Assembly (NCBI GenBank): GCA_951406725.2
Contig: OX597829.1
Location: 36,642,001 to 36,706,000 of the forward strand
Direction: 5' to 3'
Origin: Octopus vulgaris
Taxonomy: Eukaryota
Length of the DNA: 64,000 nt
Part shown: positions 27,723-41,397 of the stretch, piece by piece
Layout: each line of letters starts with the position of its first letter
Numbering within the stretch: the first letter of the stretch is position 1
Translations under genes and position numbers: made by a program
Notes under the pieces: generated by a model
What the model saw: only the letters and a program-made list of their open reading frames with translations
Told to the model about the DNA's origin: nothing
Database searches by the model: none

Positions 27723-28018
27723 ATTGTTACCACTTACGTAATCACATGCGTAGATGTCCGCAACTGGCCAGTGTGATCGTCATAGCAAAATATAATTTGC
27801 TGAACTATACACGAGACGTCTCGTGTATAGATTACGCAAGTGGTAACAACGAAACTAATTCGTAGTTAATCTATATATTTTGTATCTTTTCATTTGGCTT
27901 GCTCGCTTACGTTTTGGTGTTTGCTAAATTTTCTTGAGAACATTTCTTTCTTAGTGGTAAGACCATAGGGGTCGACTTCTAGCATATTGGACGTTCACTT
28001 AGTGGTCATCCCTCTTAT
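27723..28018 (+). mobile_element. Fold-back copy of the HHR-bearing family at 46161-46440
   Basis: 27723-27820 matches 46332-46428 directly and 27830-28018 matches 46161-46345 in inverse. A 26-bp palindrome lies at the junction. Confidence 0.8.
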
Positions 28019-28024
28019 GTGTAT

Positions 28025-28082
<58 letters not shown>

Positions 28083-28538
28083 TTGTGCATATACATATAC
28101 ATATATGTATGTGTAAATATATTTGCATATATATATATGTGTGTGTGTGTGTGTATGGATATATATAAATTATAAATACTATTAATATATAAGTACAGAA
28201 GTATTATTTTCAATACAATAATATTATTTTCCAGAGAAATAGAGCATCATCAATGTGAAAGCCAATCAGTATTACGATAACAAACGTATTCGGAAAAGTT
28301 CGAAACTCGAGTATTAGGTTGTCCATTTCTCTGGTGTTCTTCCTAGAGGTAAGACGAATTTTTTAAAGTTCGACGCCCGCACACATCTTTGCCTCTATGC
28401 ATCCAGTTAAGCTTTACTTACCATCGTTCGGTTATCGACTGCTATTTCCAGCAAAAACGAGTACTTTGTTGTGCCACTATTTCCTACTTCTGTGTATATA
28501 TATATATATATATATATCCATACACATAGATATGTATG

Positions 28539-28600
<62 letters not shown>

Positions 28601-29754
28601 TATATATATATTTATTTATGTCTATACAGATAGACATATGTATGTATGTATATATATGTATGCATATATATATAATCACATACATATAAACATACATACA
28701 GTCACGCGCGAACGCCCATACACATACACATTTATACGTGTATGTATGTTTGTACGCATGTATGTATATATGCATATATATGTATAAATATATATATGTA
28801 TACATGTATACATATGTACATGCATTTATATGTGTGCGAATGTGTGTGTGTGTATACACCTGTAGATTAATTTAATTGCAGAGCCAAAAAGAAAAGAATG
28901 GAGTAGGATGCTATAATTATGAATATCTATATGCGTATATGCTTTTGGACATACATATATATGTTTGTAAGTGATTATCTGTAAATACATATATACACAC
29001 ATAAAATTTATTATAATGTAAAATGTAATTATATACGAATTCATTATTATTATATAAATCACCCCATCACAAAAAAAAAACAATTAAGTACTAACTAAAA
29101 CTTCTTTTAATTTAGAAAGGTGTTCGATAAAATACGAGATGTAAATGAAATTCAATTACATTTCATTCTAACGAAGGAGAATCACTCTAGACCTAAGTAT
29201 TATAAAGATGAAACTTTTCGAAAATTATGAATTATTATAATGAGAGCGATAATGAAGGTGAATGAGCTTTGAGAAGAAGGTAGAAAGTGGTAAGAGGTGA
29301 AAGAAAATGTAAGTGGATGAGGAAGAAAGAAGACTGGGAAATGTACTAAAATATGCTACATTAAAGTGAATAAAGGAAATGCGTGAGAGGAGAGAAATTA
29401 ATTTATCACCCAAATAGTATATCTATTTCTTAAAAGGGAGTTTAAAAGATAAAAGATTGATATGATTTATGTTTTGTCATTTTATTCTGTTTATTGGTTC
29501 AGTTTGTTTTTTATCGTTTTAATAAGATCATCAATCGTCAAAAGATGTTGATCATAGCTATCATGGTGATTATGATTTTACTGATGAAGATAAGTTTGTC
29601 AATGTCAACAGCCAATGGTAGTTTAATGGTGGCAGTTATAATAGCGTATTAGTATCGGTGTTTGTAATTTTGTAGAAATTGATTTCCTGATAGGAGTAGC
29701 TCACCTTGTTGTTATGGGTGTTGAAGAGTTTGTAATATATGTGACCTCTGAAGG

Positions 29755-30444
29755 TTTCGCTATTAATAAATTATGTAATTTTACTCACACAACATATCTG
29801 TAGCTATTCTGGACGGGTTCGGCTGAAGAGCTACAGATATGTTGTGTGAGTAAAATTACATAAATGCACTAAGCCACTTGGTGTTAAATGGTTATACTAT
29901 TAAATTAGTATCTAATTCTCTCACCCTTATTAGTTGATTGTAATTATACTACATTTAATTTTGGATGTAGTATCTGTTTCCGTGAATTTTGGCGGGCTGT
30001 GGCAGGGGCACTTGAATTATAACAGCGAATGCAATCGACTGAACCGCACGTGTGTTTATCGTTATGGTAAAATCTAGCGTGCAGTTGAGTAAATTGTATT
30101 CTGGACGGGTTCGGCTAAAGAGCTACAGATATGTTGTGTGAGTAAAATTACATAATTTATTAATAGCGAAACAATTGTCCTGAACTAATCTGCATTTTTG
30201 TTATTTTTATTTGCCCTGTTCGTTTGCGCTAGTAGTCGTACTAACTTTCATCGAAACAATTCTTTGTGGCTGAAACCTAGCGGATCTATTTTTAGTGCTA
30301 GAGTCGACCACATAGTGGTTACTCTCTCATATTTATATATAAAATTCATTGAATTCCGGGTTTTTATGCACTAAGCCACTTGGTGTTAAATGGATATACT
30401 ATTAAATTAGTATCTAATTCTCTCACCCTTATTAGTTGATTGTA
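29755..30444 (+). mobile_element. Partial-tandem plus inverted pseudo-LTR-like unit
   Basis: 29806-29863 repeats at 30098-30155, 29864-29942 repeats at 30366-30444, and 29755-29805 is the inverse of about 30121-30171. Confidence 0.85.
30109..30185 (+). ncRNA. Type I hammerhead ribozyme (G5>A in this copy)
   Basis: gttcgg CTAAAGA gcta...tagc GAAAC aatt GTC ctgaac. The upstream duplicate has intact CTGAAGA at 29823-29829. Confidence 0.8.
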
Positions 30445-30557
30445 TATATATATATATATATAAAAGAAAAGAAAATTTCTCTCAGATAATGTTTACTCCA
30501 GACAGCTCACGGAGGTTTGGAGGTAAATACAGAAAAATATCACAAGTACATAGATCG

Positions 30558-30620
30558 TTTGAGTACGTCAACGTTTCAAGATTAGCCAAATAAAATCAGC
30601 ATTTCTTTCGTCAGCTCAAA
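30558..30620 (-). ncRNA. Mirror copy of the hammerhead ribozyme in the left palindrome arm
   Basis: Exact reverse complement of 30647-30709. Confidence 0.85.
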
Positions 30621-30646
30621 ATTTCTTAATTTCCAAATTAAGAAAT

Positions 30647-30709
30647 TTTGAGCTGACGAAAGAAATGCTGATTTTATTTGGCTAATCTTGAAACGTTGAC
30701 GTACTCAAA
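30647..30709 (+). ncRNA. Type I hammerhead ribozyme, intact core
   Basis: tttgag CTGACGA aaga...tctt GAAAC gttgac GTA ctcaaa. Predicted cleavage after 30703. Confidence 0.85.
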
Positions 30710-30996
30710 CGATCTATGTACTTGTGATATTTTTCTGTATTTACCTCCAAACCTCCGTGAGCTGTCTGGAGTAAACATTATCTGAGAGAAATTTTCTTTT
30801 CTTTAAGTAGTAGAAATTGCTAAAAAAAATTTTTTTTTGGCTGCTATTTCTACTTAGTTCAGTATGTGGCAAAGTAATTTATTTTACTAAGCCCTAATTA
30901 TATAATGTAATATTTTGAATTCGCCTTAAATGGTCCTTTTACATACTGAACACTTGGTGAAATTGATTAATTAATTAATTTTACCCTCAATTGTTG

Positions 30997-31044
<48 letters not shown>

Positions 31045-31049
31045 ATAAT

Positions 31050-32005
31050 AAAGATAGACACGAAATCGTCCCACCACTTTAAAAATCACAAAACTACACG
31101 ACCTTTCTATCCTCTGAGAAATATTTTTGTAGATCGTGACACCCTAAATATCAGAAGTTTCATAAGAGATGATCTAGATATGCTCAACTGTCTTCCGAAA
31201 ATAGTCTGAGAGTATCTGTTGATGTAGTGAATCTGCCCAAAACTCTACACGACTTACAATGTGAGGTCATTAAATTCTGGTTGGATAATTATATAAGTGA
31301 ACTCCATCGTATAAAAAAATTATAATAGGACTGAAATTTATTTTAGAAAATAATTACTTTATGTTAATGACTATTTTTTCGACAAAAACTGGGAATGGAG
31401 ACAAAAAAATTCTTCTTCTTTACGAATCTAGTTATGGGTTACCTAGATATCACGCGATACCAATAAAACTGGGAAAAAGTACCAAGAGGATTACTTCATT
31501 CTATGAAAAGAAAGCATAGAGAAATTAAAGGAATTTGAAACATTCAGTGGAAACAATGAAAATATTCAATTCCCCACAGAATATACCTATGACCAAATTC
31601 CATTTTTAATAAATTCAACAGTCAAATACATACGGTTATTTACTATACACCTACGGACATCTAACTATATCTTTCATTCAAGTCATGCCAAACGAAAGAA
31701 AAGGATTTATACAATAGTATCTCATACAAATATCTGGGATATAAAACTCCAAGAAATGCACTCCTTCACAGGAATAACCGATCATTCTTAATCAATAATG
31801 GAATTCAACGAATCCCAAAGATCCAGTATCCAAGAATTAAGACAAACAAGGAAATTAATCGGAATTGAAGGTCATACCATACATCTCCACCTACAACCCC
31901 TAAAACAATGAGGCTGACAACAGCGTATTCCATAACATACTGTTACTGAAAAAGGACCCCAGATCAAACCAAATACTCCAAACGTACAAGAATAAAAGAC
32001 AACCC
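31050..32005 (+). mobile_element. Penelope-like element RT fragment, decayed
   Basis: IRSFIRDDLDMLNCLP, IKFWLD, GLKFILENNYF, NLVMGYLD, YYTPTD. Confidence 0.82.
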
Positions 32006-32388
32006 AAGTTCATTCATCTACTTTTTTCTTTCTCTCTACTTTCTCTTTTCTTTTTCTTCTTATTGTTTCTTTTTTTCTATTTAACATATTTTCTCTCCAC
32101 CACCACACCTGTTTACAAGAAAACTATATACAGATGTACAAAAACCTTCAATTTTCAGTCTGAACTTGCCTGAAGACCCGATATACATATGTTCGGAGCT
32201 TAAAATATGATATATTATTAATCTCTTATGGTATTGAGTACTCTGTTTTCCAACACTTAACATTAACTCTTCCTCTCTCCCTTTTTCTCTCCCTCTTTCT
32301 CTCCCTCTCTCTATATATCTCTCTTTCTTTCCACACACACACACGCACACACATATATATACATGTACGTACATATATATACATGTAC

Positions 32389-32431
<43 letters not shown>

Positions 32432-33239
32432 CATACATATATCATACATATATATATATTGATACAGATTAGACTAAATCAACAGCGAATAAAACAACAA
32501 CAGCCCGTAGGATTTTAGATGTGCTTTGATATAAATGAATGGCATAACACAGAGACCGAAGACAGCTCAAAGCTGTTATAATCATTTGAGTCCAAAACGC
32601 AAGCTGTCACAAATAGTTTGTTTATATATCAGTTTTTAATGACAGGTAGATTTCCTTGATGGAAGTTGTAACACCAGCAGTTGCTACAGAAGCAAGCAAT
32701 CAAAACAAGAGGGAGGTCACTCTCACCGTTTTCTTCTTGTGTTGTTGTTTACTGTTTATGTCGTTTGCAGTAGTAATAAACCCTTAAAGGGTGATAGAGT
32801 GGCAGAGACGAAAGATGAAGAAAGACAGAATGATACTTCATTCTGCCCGTCATTTCAGTGGAGAAAGACAGAATGACATTTGTCATTCCAGAGTGACCCA
32901 GTGAAAGAGTAAAGCATTCGTCGTCTGCTTGATCATCTCTTCACAAACTCCTTTCACTAACTGCCTTTGGCTTACGAACTTTCGCTATTTACAATTCTCG
33001 CAAAATAGCGAGAAGGAGAGACATATCACCGAGAACAATGGGAAACTGCTGTAACTTTATCTAGTTTCAGCTCTTGTTGGCACAGAAGGGGTCAAAAGAG
33101 CTAAGTGGAGAATGCATAAATCGGCTTGGCATAGGCCATATGTCGAGTGTCTCACTGTCAATTCTTGTCTCTCCGTGAGAAAGTGCATCTGTAACTTACA
33201 GGAGATCCACTTTTTTCGTTCCAAGTAAAACATTTTCGT

Positions 33240-33292
<53 letters not shown>

Positions 33293-33519
33293 ACTGCTAT
33301 TTCTACTTGTGGAAAATAGAAATAAGCATCCTTGACTGCTATTTCTACCTTTTCGGTATGCGGCCAAGCAACCTGTTGCCTGTTCCTTTTTCTTATATAC
33401 AGTATATATACTGAACTTTACAGAAGTTCCTACCGTTAATCGGCTATATTTACATACCGAATTCTACCAGTAAATAATTGTGGTCTTTTTTAAAAACCAT
33501 TATAGAAATTATTTACTCT

Positions 33520-33578
<59 letters not shown>

Positions 33579-33580
33579 AA

Positions 33581-33850
33581 TTCAGTGGTTAGAGTGTAGG
33601 AATCACGACCATGAGGTAGTGGGTTCCATTCCCGGACTGAGCAGTGTTGTGTTCTTGGGCAAGACACTTTATTTCACATTGCTTCAAGCTGTATTGGCCT
33701 TTGCCTTTCCCTTGGATAACATCGGAGGTGTGGAGATGGGAGGCTGGTATGCATGGGTGGCTGCTGGTCTTCCATAAACAACCTTGCCCGGACTTGTACC
33801 TCGGTGAGGAACTATCTATGTGGTGATTCATGACTGGAGGTGGGGATTTT
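33581..33850 (+). mobile_element. tRNA-derived SINE (third family)
   Basis: cagtggttagagtg (A box), ggttccattccc (B box), then cttgggcaagacacttta. Confidence 0.75.
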
Positions 33851-33883
33851 ATCCTTTACCAAATATATATATATACATACATG

Positions 33884-33959
<76 letters not shown>

Positions 33960-34294
33960 CAATAATAAAATAATAATAAGGGTAAAATTAATTAATCAAT
34001 TGATAATTACTAATTTTAACAAGTAGTTCGGTATATTAAAAGAAACATTATCGGTAAACTTATACAATTTTTTTTATAATTATAAGTATAATTAGGGCTC
34101 AGCAAAATTGCTTCACTACATACCGAAATTTAGAAATAGCAGTTAAATACTATTCTATACCATATGATATCTCCCCGACACATACTCCCAACTCACGCAG
34201 GCAAAGAGAAAAAATAACGTATTCCACCTGGCTTTGATTAACTATATACGCGTATTGATTAACTATATACGATATTGATAAATCGGGTACTGTT

Positions 34295-34542
34295 GATCAT
34301 GTAAGATGAAGTTAAAATAATAGACAGAGAACACCACTGGAAAATACGAAAACTAAAAGAAGCAGCACATATGCTAGGACACAACAACCTCCTAAGCAGA
34401 CCGTGTGCAGATATGAGTAGCATATGGGAACCAGGATAGGAGAATATTAGATTTATAAGCCATAAAATTCACTCCATAATTGCCCACGTGCATATGGCGT
34501 TGTGGTTAAGAGCGCGGGCTACTAACACCAAGATTCCGAGTT
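34295..34542 (+). mobile_element. PLE endonuclease C-terminus followed by a tRNA-like sequence
   Basis: EVKIIDREHHWKIRKLKEAAHMLGHNNLLSRP, then tggcgttgtggttaagagcgcgggctactaacaccaagattccgagtt at 34495-34542. Confidence 0.72.
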
Positions 34543-35345
<803 letters not shown>

Positions 35346-35629
35346 TATACAATACGAAGAGCACGGTGCGATTGCAATAGATATTCGATTGGTTGAACGA
35401 TATTTCGACAACTAGCCTGTCTTTGTCGAGTTCTAAATGAAAAGTGATTACATAAAAATTAAAAATTATAGAAATTGAAATCCAAAATTTGAACGAGGAC
35501 AACCAGCGTTCCCACGTTGACGAAATGACATTATCAGTCATCAGTTTTTAAGTTTACAACTGGCAAAAAGAAAAAGAAAGAAAAAAAACGAAGAAAAGGG
35601 AAAAAAAGGAAAACGAACAATATTTAATC

Positions 35630-35975
35630 AAACAGTCAGTTTTGTGTAAATATAAAATTCTCCCGTCATTTTATTCATCCCTTCAGGGCGTGATCTTAAC
35701 TCGTAAGCATATTTCTCCCCGTGCATTTTGGGGAATGAAAGTGTAGCAGATTCAGAATATTTTCTGAGAATATGCACTTTCAAGTCTTTTTCAAAATTGC
35801 AGCCGTTTGATGTAAAATTTTTGGCAAGTTCTGTCGAACTATTGTTATTGTGCCCGACGTCATATTTGTGCCCATTGAATCTTTTGTTTAATTGTTCTGT
35901 TGTACCATCAACATATATCGAGTTGTGCTTGGTGCATTCTGCTGCATACACTAAATGGGAAACTCTACACGTGTT
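35630..35975 (-). mobile_element. PLE GIY-YIG endonuclease fragment
   Basis: TCRVSHLVYAAECTKHNSIYVDGTTEQLNKRFNGHK...PEGMN. Confidence 0.85.
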
Positions 35976-36299
35976 ACCTTCAAGGCGGTGCTCTAGCATG
36001 GCCACAGTCAAATGACTGAAACAAGTAAAAGAATAAAAGCAATAGCCTCACACGCATAAACACACATACAAGCACTCATAAATAGATACAAATACATATA
36101 TATTTCTTCGTATGCACAGCAAAGTTCCCAGGCATACACTATTAGAAATATTACTAATAAAATAATTGGAAATATGTACATAGACTGTTTGTTTTAATCG
36201 TTTATATATTGTTGCATAATTATAGAATTATATTTTGTAGAATATGTTAAAGATGATGTCAAAAAGAGGAGAAATAGAAAAAATAAATAAAACCTGATA

Positions 36300-37030
36300 G
36301 CAGAACATGTCTCCTTTGTAGTGAGATGGAATTCAATCAGAAAAAACTACCATTTCTAGATAATTTTATCATGAGTAAACATGGAAAATAGAAACAGATA
36401 CCCAATATCCAAAACTAACCCAAGGATTCTGAACAATATCTTCGTTTCATATCCTGTCTTTCTAAAATGCAAAAATAAACGTTCCCTTCAACTTACCAAA
36501 AAATCTTTTGTACAACAATTCGGAGTCAAAAATGAGAAAAACTGAAAAACTGCAAACGCAAAGAACGTCTCCACTCAGACTTATTGTAAATGGAAAAGAA
36601 AGGGCAGTGTTTTCATTCACATGTTCTCAGAACAATGAAAGTAAAGCCCCCGAAATGTTTTAACCCCCAAAACAATGAACTACTCAATTACATATAGAAC
36701 AATATATCTATTTTGCCTGAAAATCAATAAGTGAAAAAAATCTCGCAAACCAACTTATTATCTACACAAAACAAAATGCAACTAAAGGCTTCAAAGAACG
36801 TGCAAATTCAGCAAAGATTTTCAATAACGTGATTAACTCCAAATGTAGTAAACCAAATTGTGATACATGACTGTACTTAACTGAAGACTCGGAGTTCAGA
36901 TTTAAGGATGGACAGGGTCATCAAAATAAAAGAAGAAAATATTTCCATTTTACAAATGATCGAACTCTACCACAGTACAACAGCAATTAAACAAAGAAAG
37001 ACAATTTATTATAAAACATAAACCCTGCTT
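36300..37030 (+). mobile_element. PLE RT-thumb and linker fragment, decayed
   Basis: MEFNQKKLPFLD, KIETD, DSEQYLRFISC, KCSKPNCDT*LYLTE. Confidence 0.72.
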
Positions 37031-37086
37031 GAAGGGTTGACAAATAATTTCCTTGGCCTTAGGGCAATACAGATTCACTTACCTGG

Positions 37087-37119
<33 letters not shown>

Positions 37120-37595
37120 ACCACATAGTCTTTGGATACGTACAATATCGTGTGTGTGTGTGTGTGTAAAGTAAGCGCTTAATACTTATGACTTGCCTAA
37201 AAGTAAAGTTCAACTAACCCTTCTTAACTTATTTGGAAGAGGAACGATTTACCTATCTACTTGTCTATGTGATTCCCTCGATGCATCTGCCTATCGATCT
37301 CTCTAGGGCAGTCTTTTGTTTACTGCTTTTCGTTTACAGTTTCAAACCCATATCCTTTCATTCTTTGTCTTGTAACCTGATACCCTAGTTCTCTGGACAG
37401 TTACAAAACTGTCAGTCATATATATTCCAAACACTATACCTATTTTCATTTGATAAATGCACAGCCATAATGGATGAAACCGGATATAATTAAGTTTAAA
37501 ATATCTAATATAACACTTGATTTTGCCTCTTTAATTTGTCTACAATTACAATAATTCTTTTAGTGATATTGTTCATTGTCATCCATTCTTTGTTT

Positions 37596-37693
<98 letters not shown>

Positions 37694-37694
37694 C

Positions 37695-38280
37695 AACTTG
37701 AGTTGACAATCAGCAAAGTTTGCTTTAAAAGCCTTGAGATGTATTGAAAGATACAGATAAGGAAATAATTTTATTCTCAAATGCAGGTTAATACCATTGA
37801 TATAGCATGAACATGATAAACTATCCATATTTTGCAGATACATCTGTCGGCGGCTAGCCATGTGACTCAAACTCACATCTCTGTGATTACGCGTCAAGTG
37901 CTTTACCATTAAGCTAAACTGCATTTGAGAATAAAATTATTTCCTTTATCGGTATCTCTCAATACATCTCAACGCTTCTAAAGCAAGCTTTGTTGACTTT
38001 CAACGCGTGTTGTATTTAACGTGTGATAGCGTCTTATAAAGTTAAATTTATATATCCTAAATTTGCAGAAGAATTTGTCGTTGGGGCAGTTTAGCTTAAT
38101 GGTAAAGCGCTTGACGTGTAATTACAAGGATATGAGTTCGAGTCTCATGGCTGGTTGCCGACAGATTTTTCTGCAAAATATGGATAGTTTATCCTTTTCA
38201 TGCTATATTATTGGCATTATCCTGTGTTTGAGAATAAAATCATTTCCTTATTTGTATCTTTTTATACATCTCAACGCTAA
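37695..38280. mobile_element. Divergent pair of tRNA-headed repeats with an extra tail copy
   Basis: Plus copy 38087-38280 (tagcttaatggtaaagcg...gagttcgagtc), minus copy 37695-37922, tail duplicate 37921-38005. Confidence 0.8.
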
Positions 38281-38474
38281 TGTTGAGTGAAGATGCTGAA
38301 TGTGCGAATCTTAACAATGGAGGACTATTTGTTTAAAACATGTTAAATAAACAAAATTTGCTCCTACACACGAATTCACGTGAAAACTCTTGCAAACCGG
38401 ATACAAAAACGAAATATGTTAAATAAATATACGAGAATTGTTGATTTGCACTAAGAATATAATGTACGGAGCTT

Positions 38475-38800
38475 AATATTGGTTTCTAAGTTTGACACAA
38501 GGCCAGCAAATTCGGGAAAGGAGGAAAATCGATTATACCACCCCCAGTCCTCAACTGGCACTTATTTTATCGATCCTGAATGGATGAAAGGCAAAGTCAA
38601 CCTTGGCGGAATTTAAACTTAGAACGTGATGACGGACAATATGTCCGTAAGCATTTTGCCCGGCGTTCTAACTTTTCTGCCAGCTACCGCTTTTATGAGA
38701 GCTTAGTATTGGTTTCAAATTTTGGCACAAGGTCAGTGTTCAACTAGTACTTATTTTATTGACCTCGAAAGGATGAAGGGCAAAGTCGATCCCGACTTAA
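38475..38800 (-). mobile_element. SINE family B plus adjacent partial copy
   Basis: Reverse-complement similarity to 6821-7035. Confidence 0.8.
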
Positions 38801-40508
38801 TATGTTTTTAATCCATAAAATAAATAAGTCTAACACAAAACTGAAAATTCTAGATAGAAAAATCCAAGCATTTAATTATAAAGCAAAAAATCTAACTGTA
38901 ACTTTGATATGAACTCATGATATTTTTATGGATAAAATAACATCATCTTAGTTAAAGTAAAACTGTTCATTATAAATATTAATATACTATGTAACTAAAT
39001 AAGTTACAGATATGAACTCGATAAATATTTTGAACGTATATAGATTAGAATATTAGAGAGCAAGATCAACTTGATATCTGTACATTATTTTGAAAATTAT
39101 GATTTATAAATAAGCACTGATATTAATTTCTAAGTATTCTAGTATTTTAGTTTTTTACCGTAGCTTAGACAGATACAGTGTACATAACACTTTTCTGGGC
39201 TTCAGTCTCGTGTGGGGAGGTGCAGCTGGAAAGTTGCTCTAAAACCAGAGACCTGCTACGATGGCTCGAAGCGGAATGAACTTAGCTAAATGTACATAAA
39301 CAAAAATTGGGCTTGTTAATTTGAGCCATGAAGTTTGCCACCTAAAAGGAGGACAGGCCCTTCTGACAGCGTCCATATAGGTTCCTTCTACCGATCTTCA
39401 CTCATAAGTTATGTGGCTGCTCGAATTTATGATAGAGGACACACGCTCAATGTACGGCACATTTAGAATTGAACTCGAAACCACGTAAAAGCGAAGCAAA
39501 CTTCTTAATTAGTCACATATATTTGCACCCAAATATGCAGACTGAGTCCTACATAGTGAGAGAAAGAAAGCTGTGTAAAAAGGCTTACTCACACGCAGAC
39601 ATATATATGTATGCAAATAAAGAGATCTCTGAAAATGTTCCATTAAAATAGTTAATTTACCTGACTTACAATATTTTATCTTTCCGTTTTTTATTTATGA
39701 TTTTGTACTAAGAGATCTAATTGTTGCTAACTGAATGTCTTGTTGAGTGTAAAGATTAACAGATGATGTTGTATCTCTTAAAATTCTGATCAATTGTCTA
39801 TTCGAATGGATCTAATTTTACATTGTCTAAAGGCTTGCGATGTAGGAAAGCTGATAAAATTCTGACGTAGTCCATATTGCAACATCGTTTCAGTTCTCTA
39901 TTGATGTTCTTTCATTTCGATTATATTACAAATTCTCACGTTCGTATGTCTAAAATATAGAGCATTTATTGTTTTAAAAACCAATATTATATTACAATAG
40001 CAAAAGGGTCGTACTTCCAAAGCTAAAGGCATTGTCGATTGAATTGACAATTCATGACTATTACATACTGCATCAGCTTAAAAGAGATGAACAAATGCCA
40101 AACTAAGCAGGATATAGATGAGAAAAGTAGATGGACAAAATTACAAGTAGTTGGACAGTGTTGCATTTTTATGGATCACTATTGGTTATTTTTCTGCACT
40201 ACCCTTTTATTTCAATACATAATATATATTATACAAAGATAATTCTGATTAACTGGTTTCCTAAATAAAACTGTGTGAATGATACTCTAGGATGAGTAGG
40301 CAAGCAATCTTAGCAACCAATTTACTCTGATCAATTTGTGTTTCTCCTTTCATCTCTGGCTTTTCATAACAATAACATCATTAATACTCTATTTACGAGT
40401 CACTTGAAAAAAGCAATGAGACTTAAGGGAATTTCAGAAATTATTGTTTCCAATTCAAATACCAATGCTAATTTAAGTATCCAAAGTTACACTACAAGTA
40501 GTTTGTTC

Positions 40509-41213
40509 ATTATTTACATTATTTACATTATTTACATTATTTACATTCGACGGATATTTGTCCTCATCTTGTTTGTTGTTAATACCCTCCAGCCTCCTTC
40601 AGGTTCTCATTCCTAAGGTATTTTTCGAAGTTGTTGTTGTTGTTGTTATTAGAAGTGGCTGTGTGGTAAGTAGCGTGGCACCTTGGGAAAGCGTCTTCTA
40701 TTATATCCTCGGGCCGACTAAAGCCTTGTGAGTGGATTTAATAGACGGAAACTGAAAGAAGCCCGTTGTATATGTATATATAAGTATATGTTTCCGTGTA
40801 TGTTTGTCCTCCCAGCATCGCTTGACAACCGATGCTAGTGAGTTTACGTCACCGGAACTTAGCAGTTTGACAAAAGAGATCGATAGAATAAGTACTAGGC
40901 TTACAAAGAATAAACTCTGGGTCGATTTGCTCGACTATAAAGGCAGTGCTCCAGCATGGCCGCAGTCAAATGACTAAAACAAGTAAAAGAATATTATTAT
41001 TATTTTCTAGGTCACTGCTTGAAATCAAACTCGAAATCTTGGGGTTAGTAATCCGCGCTCTTAACCACTACGCCAAATTCCTGTGGGTATAAGGCTGGAG
41101 GGTATATCAGCCGAAACGTTGTGTTAACAACAAACAAGATGAGGACAAATATCCGTCGAATGTAAATAATGTAAATAATGTACATAATTCCTCATCTCTT
41201 AAATATAGAGCTG
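40509..41213 (-). mobile_element. tRNA-head/HHR pseudo-LTR unit with inverted partial copy, interrupted by a SINE
   Basis: Minus copy has the tRNA-like head at 41009-41075 and tail at 40509-40650. Plus partial copy 41091-41213 contains ggctgg..tcagccGAAACGTTgtgtt. Confidence 0.78.
40652..40990 (+). mobile_element. SINE family A (internal deletion in head)
   Basis: Matches 10598-10997; inserted in the (TTG/TTA)n tract of the host unit. Confidence 0.9.
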
Positions 41214-41397
41214 AAGTAGTTTGTTGTTTTACCAAACCGTTGAAGATATCACGATCGAATTAGGTTCATTAATATACTAAAGTGTTTTAATCGACTATAA
41301 CAGTTCCATTATTTGTCATTACTTGCATGAAAGGTGGATGAATTGACAGAATCGGTAGTGGTGGAGGAAATACCCCGCAGTATTTAATACGATCTTT

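Larger units (their letters stand above)
30463..30804. repeat. Perfect palindrome with 170-bp arms and a 2-nt loop
   Basis: 30463-30632 is the exact reverse complement of 30635-30804. Confidence 0.97.
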
